Of a stretch of DNA of 24,846 bases, positions 18,215 through 24,846 are shown piece by piece. This DNA is from an archaeon (GTDB taxonomy: Archaea; Asgardarchaeota; Thorarchaeia; Thorarchaeales; Thorarchaeaceae). Position 1 is the first letter of the stretch. The number at the start of each line of letters is the position of its first letter. The DNA is taken from assembly GCA_024276825.1 (NCBI GenBank), contig JAJRWI010000013.1, positions 1-24,846 on the forward strand. Direction: 5' to 3'. The notes below the pieces were generated by a model that saw only the letters and a list, made by a program, of their open reading frames with translations, searched no databases and was not told the DNA's origin. A program made the position numbers and the translations under genes.

Positions 18215-19081
18215 ATGAGAAAGATGACAGTCCCAATGATAATTGTACATGGCGGTGCAGGAAACTGGAAGGATGAAAAAATTCCAATTGGTATCCAAGA
18301 AGTTGAAAAGGCTGCCCAGGTCGGTTTCAAAGTTCTATTGAGCGGAGGAAGCGCTGTTGATGCAGCTGAAGCCTGCACTATGCAGATGGAGAACTGTGGA
18401 AAATTGAATGCAGGCATTGGTGGAAAGAACAATATTGAGGGTTTCAAGGAACTAGATGCATTGATTGCCGATGGTTCGACTCTCAGAACAGGTGCTGTGA
18501 TGGCGCTCCGTGATGTACAAAACCCGATCTCCGTAGCACGTTATATCATGGAAAAGACTGATTATATTATGTTCGCTGGTGAAGGAGCTAGGAAGATCTA
18601 TGAGAAGATGATTGAGGAGGGGTATAGAAGAGAGCAAAATTCAGGTGTTGTCGCTGACCCGTTTAATCAAGATGTGAGTGATACGGTGGGTTGTGTTGTA
18701 GTAGATGAGAAGGGGCGCATCGCAGTCACTTCCTCAACGGGAGGCATTTCGAAGAAGATGGTGGGCAGAGTTGGGGATTCGCCAATTTTTGGAGCTGGTG
18801 CATTTGCCAACGAAGTTTGTGGAGCCACAGCCACGGGATATGGCGAGCACATCGTCAGGGTTTCTATGAGTAGGATGGCAGTCCTGTTTGTGGAGCAGGG
18901 TGATGATGTGCAGACAGCCGCTGAGAAGGCCATGGATCTATTTGAGAAAAAGACAGGCAGTGAGGCGGGTATAATCATGGCAGACAAGAACGGAGAGTGG
19001 GGCAAGGCCACAAATGCAAAGGCCATGCCGACCGCCCTGATAAGAGGTGATCTTAAGTCGCTTCAGACATTTATAAAATGA
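18215..19081 (+). CDS. iaaA: Isoaspartyl peptidase / L-asparaginase (Ntn hydrolase, asparaginase 2 family)
   Basis: Motifs IVHGGAG, NAGIG, ELDA, autocleavage site D-TVG, STGG, GRVGDSP and TGYGE. Confidence 0.94.
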   Translation: MRKMTVPMIIVHGGAGNWKDEKIPIGIQEVEKAAQVGFKVLLSGGSAVDAAEACTMQMENCGKLNAGIGGKNNIEGFKELDALIADGSTLRTGAVMALRDVQNPISVARYIMEKTDYIMFAGEGARKIYEKMIEEGYRREQNSGVVADPFNQDVSDTVGCVVVDEKGRIAVTSSTGGISKKMVGRVGDSPIFGAGAFANEVCGATATGYGEHIVRVSMSRMAVLFVEQGDDVQTAAEKAMDLFEKKTGSEAGIIMADKNGEWGKATNAKAMPTALIRGDLKSLQTFIK

Positions 19082-19192
19082 TTGTCGCATCACCGTTGTA
19101 ATGAACTGTCTAGCGGCAACCAAAGGCAGATAGGAGTTTCCCCAAAGCGCCCATATTTTGAGCAACTTCGGGCAATGACTGGCGGATTTTTA

Positions 19193-19621
19193 TTATTGGA
19201 GTAAACGCTGCACCCAGGCCTTATAATCTGCATATCTTCGAACGCCTATGAGATTGCTGATGAAGCGGCCATTCTTGAAGGCAGACACATTGGGGACCGA
19301 TTGCACTCTGAACTGCGCTGCTAGACTTGGATTGCGATCAATGTCGACTTTGGCAAAGAACACCTTACCCTTGTATTGAACGGCCAATTCAGCGAGGATT
19401 GGTGCCAGCATCTTACATGGTTGGCACCATTCACCATAGAAGTCAACCAGAGCTATTTTTGTCTTTTGAATGGTTGGCCAGAAATTAGATGCATCAAGTT
19501 GATTAACAATGCCATTTGCCAATGGTTCAAGTACAGGCGGTACTTTAGGTGTTTGAGCTCTTCTCATCAACTCTTGCATCTTTCTTCTGCGAATGGCATC
19601 TAATTCTTCATCAGAGTGCAT
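19193..19621 (-). CDS. trxA: Thioredoxin with N-terminal charged helical extension
   Basis: Active site WCQPC, FAKVDID, VQSVP. Start placed at ATG 19621 (MHSDEELDAIRRRK) behind GAGGT. The extension to 19747 in the ORF track looks non-coding. Confidence 0.92.
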   Translation of the reverse strand: MHSDEELDAIRRRKMQELMRRAQTPKVPPVLEPLANGIVNQLDASNFWPTIQKTKIALVDFYGEWCQPCKMLAPILAELAVQYKGKVFFAKVDIDRNPSLAAQFRVQSVPNVSAFKNGRFISNLIGVRRYADYKAWVQRLLQ

Positions 19622-19840
19622 GTCAATACCTCTAGCGCTTGTGCAACATTGTTCACAACCGCTCATGAACAAGAACAATATAAACACTTTGTAAGAGGAA
19701 AAAGGAAGGCTGTGATTTTTGTTCGATTCGATATGTTTATTCATCATTTACTGAAGGGCTAGTCAAGGCAGAAGCCCAACAAGCAAGTGTTGGAGTGGGT
19801 CTCGAACACAATGGACTTTCGCAAATTGAGGTAATGGTGT

Positions 19841-21361
19841 TTGAAAATGAATGCATATGAAAGACTGCTTCAAAAGTCTCGTGAGATCGTAATTCTGAGT
19901 TCAGCAACTGCGGTCCTTGGATGGGACTTTGAAACATACATGCCACCCAAGGGTATGAACCTGCGAAGTGAGCAAGGTGCTCTTTTGCAAAGGATTCTTC
20001 ACCAGTTAAAAACTGACCCTGAGAACGCCGAAATCATCAAGGCCATACAGAGTGGGCACAAACATTACGATGCAGTTCAAGAACGAAATATATACCTCTT
20101 CAAGAAGGAGTATGAAGAGGCCACAAGACTTCCAGAGAGTCTTGTGTCTGATATTGCGAAACAGAGCACAATAGCAGTGACTGCATGGAAGAAGGCAAAG
20201 AGCAAAAAGGACTGGAGCCTTTTCAAGCCTGAATTGATGAAGACTATCGAGCTGCACAAGAAGCGTGCGGAACTCCTCATGGAGGTCAAAGGTGCTAAGA
20301 CGCTCTATGATGCTATGATTGATGATTTTGAGCCAGGAATGACTCAGGATGTAATCACCAAGGTGTTTGACGAACTGAAAGCAGGGTTGATCCCTCTCAC
20401 AAAGAAATGCACAGATGCATCTTCAAGTCTTGACACATCATATCTCAGCAGGCCAGTGCCCATTGAAGTCCAGAGAAAGATGGCCTTTGACATTGCAAAG
20501 TTTCTGGACTATGACATAACCTCGGAGAATGCTGGTGGAAGAATCGATGAGACCGAACATCCGTTTACAACAGGCTATTATGACGATGTTCGTGTGACTG
20601 TTCATTATCATGAGAACAATGTCGCTTCAGCGCTATATGCCTTGCTTCATGAGATCGGACATGCTTTATATGAGCAGAACCTGAATCCAGAATGGAAGTA
20701 TCAGCCAATTGGCGAGGCTGCTAGCATGGGCATTCATGAGTCCATGTCAAGGTTTGTAGAAAACATAGTTGGACGCACTGAGGAGTTCTGGAAGTTCTAT
20801 TTTCCAAAATTGAACCAGATCACATCAAACAAGTTTGCAGACATAGACCTCATGGACTTCATCAGAAGTATGAACATCGTGAAACCCTCAAAAATAAGAA
20901 TCGAGGCAGATGAGGTCACCTACTCACTTCATGTCATCATTCGGTTCGAGATCGAACGAGACCTCATGGCAGACAGGATTGAGGTTTCGGAGCTGCCACA
21001 AATCTGGAATGAAAAATATGAGAAGTATCTTGGTGTAGAGATTGAAAACGATTCAGAGGGAGTCATGCAAGACACACATTGGGCATCTGGACTCATTGGA
21101 TACTTCCCAAGTTATGCATTAGGGAATGTATATGATGGCATGTGGTTGGAGAAAATCAATAGTGATATTCCAAACTGGCGGGAGAATATCTCGCAGGGTG
21201 ACTTTCTTACAGTGAAGAACTGGCTTGTGGAGAACATCCATAGAAAGGCAAGACTCTATGAGCCAAATGAACTTGCCATGAAGTTGACAGGAAAGCAGCT
21301 TACAGCCAAGCCATTCATAGAGTATCTGAATGACAAGTATTCTAGACTTTTCGGGCTCTAG
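19841..21361 (+). CDS. Carboxypeptidase Taq/Pfu family (peptidase M32)
   Basis: Motifs LGWD...MPP, HPF, DVRVT, HEIGH, HES, IRIEADE, QDTHW and GYFPSYALG. Start is TTG 19841 or ATG 19847. Confidence 0.96.
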   Translation: MKMNAYERLLQKSREIVILSSATAVLGWDFETYMPPKGMNLRSEQGALLQRILHQLKTDPENAEIIKAIQSGHKHYDAVQERNIYLFKKEYEEATRLPESLVSDIAKQSTIAVTAWKKAKSKKDWSLFKPELMKTIELHKKRAELLMEVKGAKTLYDAMIDDFEPGMTQDVITKVFDELKAGLIPLTKKCTDASSSLDTSYLSRPVPIEVQRKMAFDIAKFLDYDITSENAGGRIDETEHPFTTGYYDDVRVTVHYHENNVASALYALLHEIGHALYEQNLNPEWKYQPIGEAASMGIHESMSRFVENIVGRTEEFWKFYFPKLNQITSNKFADIDLMDFIRSMNIVKPSKIRIEADEVTYSLHVIIRFEIERDLMADRIEVSELPQIWNEKYEKYLGVEIENDSEGVMQDTHWASGLIGYFPSYALGNVYDGMWLEKINSDIPNWRENISQGDFLTVKNWLVENIHRKARLYEPNELAMKLTGKQLTAKPFIEYLNDKYSRLFGL

Positions 21362-21377
21362 GTAGAGGTCAAACCCG

Positions 21378-21400
21378 ACTGGGCCCGAAGGTCCCCTGTC
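21378..21400. terminator. GC-rich hairpin between convergent genes
   Basis: GACT-GGGCC-CGAA-GGTCC-CCTGTC shortly after the M32 stop. There is no adjacent T-tract. Confidence 0.35.
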
Positions 21401-21463
21401 ACGCTCAATGCCAATTAAGGAAACATCAATAAAACTGACGATTACAATATATCCATGGTTGTT

Positions 21464-22009
21464 TTAATCGGACTCCTTTTTGATCTTTACAGGAGGTTTA
21501 ATTGTATACAGCTCTTTTGCAATGCGGTTAAAGACATCCTCAACATTCTCACCAGTCTTTGCAGAGGTCTCGAGAAAATACCAATCGAGAGAGTTTGCAT
21601 ACTTTCTGCCCTCAGACTGCAAGACGACTCTTTTTGAGCCCATATCCTTCTTATTACCAATTAACATTCCGGGTAATTTTTTCTTCAATGCAATTTTCAT
21701 TCCTTCAAACCAGCCAGGTAAAGATTCAAAGCTATCACGGCAAGTCACATCATAAACAAAAAGGGAGTAATGGGCGTCTTTGTAGTATTGTGTTCTAAGC
21801 GAGCCGAAGTCATCCTGACCGCCGAGGTCAATCAAGGTCAGAATAACGGGAGAACTGCCATCTATGTTCATTGCAGCTGCACTAAGATCAACGCCAATTG
21901 TTGCATGGTAGTCTTCATCAAACTCGCCAAGAAGTAGACGTCTTATCAATGAAGACTTGCCCACATTGGGGTCACCAACCAATAAGACCTTATAGACTGG
22001 AACTGTCAT
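21464..22009 (-). CDS. Rab-like small GTPase (Ras superfamily)
   Basis: G1 GDPNVGKS, G2 TIG, G3 DLGGQ, G4 NKKD, G5 ETSAK. RabF-like IGVDL, YYKDA and FVYDVT. Confidence 0.93.
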   Translation of the reverse strand: MTVPVYKVLLVGDPNVGKSSLIRRLLLGEFDEDYHATIGVDLSAAAMNIDGSSPVILTLIDLGGQDDFGSLRTQYYKDAHYSLFVYDVTCRDSFESLPGWFEGMKIALKKKLPGMLIGNKKDMGSKRVVLQSEGRKYANSLDWYFLETSAKTGENVEDVFNRIAKELYTIKPPVKIKKESD

Positions 22010-22087
22010 TAGAGCACATCTCGCTGCCTATTCAATTAACATGATGCGATATTGCAAGATAATGATTAGTATCACATCCAGAGAACC

Positions 22088-22105
22088 TCAAAGTTATAAG
22101 TTTGA
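22088..22105. promoter_or_regulatory. Palindromic, possibly bidirectional TATA element
   Basis: TCAAA-G-TTATAA-G-TTTGA (8 of 9 positions symmetric), near the midpoint between two divergent genes. Confidence 0.5.
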
Positions 22106-22202
22106 TATCTTTTGAGTGATATTGTTCTTTTAATGGGAAGGCTTTCTTGAAAGATTAAATAATTATGTCAAGAGAGTAATGTTTCCAGAGAGCGTGCAAG
22201 CA

Positions 22203-24846
22203 ATGGAGGACCAAGCTGAAATAGAAATCATAGAATATAGTGAGAAACTAGCTTCAGGAATTGCTGAGATGTGGAACAGCTGGGATGAACTTTGGCCGGG
22301 TGGTTTCACACAAGGGGTTCCTTATACTGAAGAGAGGGTCAAGCAGGCACACGAGAAATCCAATGCATTAGCAATACTGGTTGCAATAGACAAGGGTTCA
22401 TACAGGCCTGTCGGATATTGTTCACTCTATCAACATTGGAGAGACCTTGATTCTGCGTTTGTGGGACTACTCGGGGTTTCGCCAGAAGCACTCGGAAAGA
22501 AAGTGGGCAAGAGACTTCTATTACGGGCATTATCCATTGCCATTAAAGAGGGATATTCACGAGTGGATCTAAATACTTGGGCAGGCAATCTTCGCGCAGT
22601 TCCTCTTTATAAGAAAGTTGGATTCTTTTGGCATCCTGAAGGAGAGGGGGTCACTATGCAGAACTATATCCCCGCGATATTGAATCATCCGCTCTGCAAG
22701 CCATATTTTGAACGGCATAATAAGGAATGGTATAGCATTCAGGTCCGTGAACTTGAACAGGCTCCAGATGACATCCACATTGACAATATGGCAGTGTTCC
22801 CCTACAGATTCAAGGATGATGCAGGCTCTCTTGAAGTTGTAATTGATCAATACTGCCGAGGAATCACTGCAATAAGGAGAGAAATTGCTAATGAAAAGCT
22901 CAGGGTTGCGGCATCAGTAGAAAATCATATTGCATTTTGCGGCATTCCAATGAGATTCACTGTAGAATTGGAGAACAAAACTGAAACTGATTATGAGATA
23001 GAATTGGAGATCAAGTCTCCTGACTATATCGAGTTTAAGACAGATTCAGCAAAAGGCATACTTTTGAAGAGTGGGGAGAATCAGAAATGGGAGTTCAACT
23101 TTATAGTCAATTCACAAGCCCCAATCTACAGAAAGGGCATCAGGTCTCAGGCCATTGTGACCAGAATTAAAATGAATGGTCGGGAATTCATTCTGAGTAC
23201 AGGGCTAAAGATACTGCCATTGGCACAGGTGAGTTTCAAAAAATCTGTAATACGGATTCCACCGGGCGGCAGGGCCAGAATACCCATCTCGATTGCAAAC
23301 AACTCAATAATTCCATTGAGCAGCAAGGTCTTGATTAGCAGTTCTTCTGATTCAATAACAATTAGGAAGCCTCAGGTCAAGTTAGATCTAGACCCTGAAG
23401 GACTGGCCGGGGTCATTGTTGAACTGATTGCAGATGAAGATATCAAGCAGACATCAATAAATCTCGGGATTTCGCTTGAATTACATTCAAAGAAAAAGAG
23501 TCATTTTGATAAAGTTGTGACTCGTCAGTTTCAAGTGCCTGTGTTTTCCAATATTGATGGAAGAGTTGGAATTGGATACAATGAGAGAGACAAGAAGTTC
23601 ATTGTTTCGGGACCATTCTATCAGGCTCAAATATCGAAAGAGGGAGGATTCGTTGACATCAGTTTTCCAGATAAAATGAACACATTCTCATTTGCCAGAC
23701 ATCTGCAGATTGGCCCTCCATTTGGCATTGGGCCATTGAGAACCAAGGAGAGAGAGATCAAGATTGAGGAAACCCCTGGTGCCACAATTATGAGCCTGGA
23801 AGTTCATCATCCTGAAAGGCCTCTTACAATTGAGGACAGACTCATATTTCAGAATAACTCGCCAATAATCGGTCATGAAGTGTGGGCTAAAAACAACAGT
23901 TCAGAAGACCAAACATTTCAGCTTAAAATTCGCGGAAAAGATGACTTTTTTGCATTCGACAGTGGTTCTTTCTATCTCCCATTGTCATCAGGTCTGACCA
24001 AAGTGCATCTTGGTAGCCCCTTCGGATCGTATCCCCTGATTCCCAAGAGTCTAAAGGCATTCAAAGAGTATTGGATCGCTGTTGACACCTGTGCGGGCTT
24101 TGTGGGTCAGTATTGGGATTCCAAGAACCTTAAAGATATCAGAGTTGTTAATGGGGGGTTCTCAATACTCGAGTATGAGCCAATCACTCTTAAGCCGGCT
24201 GAGGAAAAATGCATTTCAAGAGTGTGGACAATAACAGATGCAGGAGATTGGCAAATCATCAGAAAACAATGGTACGAGGTTGTGGGAGTTGATTCACTAG
24301 ACATTGAAGAACCAGAAAGTCCGAAGGCACCAATTGAGATAGAGCCAATTACATGTCTGATTTCTCAAATCACATCAATAAAGGATAAACTAAGAATGAG
24401 CAAGAGAGTCATACCACCCTTATCGGGAATATTGCAGATAGTTCCTCCAGAAGGCTGGAAGGTTCGTGTCATAACTTCGGATCTTAATGTAGAGTATATC
24501 AACTCGTTCGCGATTATTCATGATTTGATCATTCAAAAGGAAGCTCTGGAAATTGATCTAGAGTTCACGCCCAATGAGATCAGAGAGGGCTTTTATGTAT
24601 ATGAGGGCTCTGTCAAGTTCAGTTCGACTTTTGATATAGAAGCTCCTATTCGAATAGTGGTCCTTGGCAAGGAATCTGACAAGGTCTCGATAGGCCAAGA
24701 GGAAGAGGGTAAATTGTCATTTTATCGCATAGATAATGGACTTATCGAGTTCAAAGCTTCTGCTGATTATGGAGCATGTATATTCAGCCTGAAGAATAAA
24801 CATGGCACTGAATACCTTGCCTCAGCATTTCCGACACCAGGTCCGA
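22203..24846 (+). CDS. Large multidomain GNAT N-acetyltransferase fusion protein, 3' end truncated by the window
   Basis: Not in the ORF track. Translated by hand, it has 881 codons with no stop. The GNAT domain shows VGLLGVSPEALGKKVGKRLL (acetyl-CoA motif A) and TWAGNLRAVPLYKKVGF (motif B), followed by beta-rich domains. Alternative in-frame ATG at 22179. Confidence 0.9.
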   Translation, partial: MEDQAEIEIIEYSEKLASGIAEMWNSWDELWPGGFTQGVPYTEERVKQAHEKSNALAILVAIDKGSYRPVGYCSLYQHWRDLDSAFVGLLGVSPEALGKKVGKRLLLRALSIAIKEGYSRVDLNTWAGNLRAVPLYKKVGFFWHPEGEGVTMQNYIPAILNHPLCKPYFERHNKEWYSIQVRELEQAPDDIHIDNMAVFPYRFKDDAGSLEVVIDQYCRGITAIRREIANEKLRVAASVENHIAFCGIPMRFTVELENKTETDYEIELEIKSPDYIEFKTDSAKGILLKSGENQKWEFNFIVNSQAPIYRKGIRSQAIVTRIKMNGREFILSTGLKILPLAQVSFKKSVIRIPPGGRARIPISIANNSIIPLSSKVLISSSSDSITIRKPQVKLDLDPEGLAGVIVELIADEDIKQTSINLGISLELHSKKKSHFDKVVTRQFQVPVFSNIDGRVGIGYNERDKKFIVSGPFYQAQISKEGGFVDISFPDKMNTFSFARHLQIGPPFGIGPLRTKEREIKIEETPGATIMSLEVHHPERPLTIEDRLIFQNNSPIIGHEVWAKNNSSEDQTFQLKIRGKDDFFAFDSGSFYLPLSSGLTKVHLGSPFGSYPLIPKSLKAFKEYWIAVDTCAGFVGQYWDSKNLKDIRVVNGGFSILEYEPITLKPAEEKCISRVWTITDAGDWQIIRKQWYEVVGVDSLDIEEPESPKAPIEIEPITCLISQITSIKDKLRMSKRVIPPLSGILQIVPPEGWKVRVITSDLNVEYINSFAIIHDLIIQKEALEIDLEFTPNEIREGFYVYEGSVKFSSTFDIEAPIRIVVLGKESDKVSIGQEEEGKLSFYRIDNGLIEFKASADYGACIFSLKNKHGTEYLASAFPTPGP

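Noticed and set aside
19101-19136. SECIS-like AUGA...GA stem just after the TGA stop of iaaA, suggesting selenocysteine read-through
   Set aside because: The quartet is out of register, the helix is short and the AAA lies on the wrong side of the loop. The TGA falls at the normal family C-terminus, and the read-through peptide resembles nothing I recognise.
19622-19747. Cys-containing N-terminal extension of thioredoxin (MSGCEQCC) in the ORF track
   Set aside because: It overlaps the likely TATA box (TTTATA, minus strand 19684-19679) and the RBS for ATG 19621, so it is most likely promoter DNA.
21423-21432. ACATCAATAA recurring at 5992-6001 and 21423-21432
   Set aside because: It is a short AT-rich word whose core also occurs inside coding sequence (~16260), which is consistent with chance.
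21464-22640. GNAT domain acting as an N-myristoyltransferase for the neighbouring GTPase
   Set aside because: The GTPase begins MTVP with no Gly2, and the enzyme has a single ordinary GNAT domain rather than the tandem NMT arrangement.
195-24304. Numerous 60-130-aa alternative-frame and antisense ORFs in the ORF track (for example 195-440, 10776-11162, 18667-19026, 22569-22850)
   Set aside because: They lie within or opposite well-supported genes and show no recognisable motifs, so they are treated as shadow ORFs.
1-24846. CRISPR arrays, tRNA/rRNA genes, transposases, integrases or defence systems
   Set aside because: I saw no regularly spaced repeats, cloverleaf or rRNA signatures, terminal inverted repeats or matching protein motifs. 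This was a scan by eye only.

Overview
Gene-dense archaeal chromosomal segment, most likely from an Asgard archaeon (Thorarchaeia-like). This assignment is an inference from a profilin-fold gene, a Rab-like small GTPase without a prenylation motif, GAGGTG-type ribosome-binding sites, TATA-like promoters and a Thermococcales-type hydrogenase. From left to right: a partial winged-helix ORF, a 2-TM membrane protein and a divergent profilin-like protein; a 4-TM protein; a BMP/Nup-type nucleoside or sugar ABC transporter with unusual add-ons; an alpha/beta hydrolase; a SnoaL/NTF2 protein; a complete four-gene group 3b [NiFe]-hydrogenase operon whose small subunit reads CxxD instead of CxxC; a Zn-finger membrane protein; four cytosolic peptidases (M3B, S9, isoaspartyl peptidase, M32) interleaved with a type I membrane glycoprotein and a thioredoxin; and a Rab-like GTPase divergent from a GNAT-fusion ORF of at least 881 codons that runs off the window and is missing from the supplied ORF track. 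I saw no rRNA, tRNA, CRISPR array or mobile element. All family calls come from motif recognition by eye, with no database searches. No single new system is proven. The best leads are the profilin locus, the GTPase/giant-GNAT pair on a symmetric promoter, and the modified ABC transporter.
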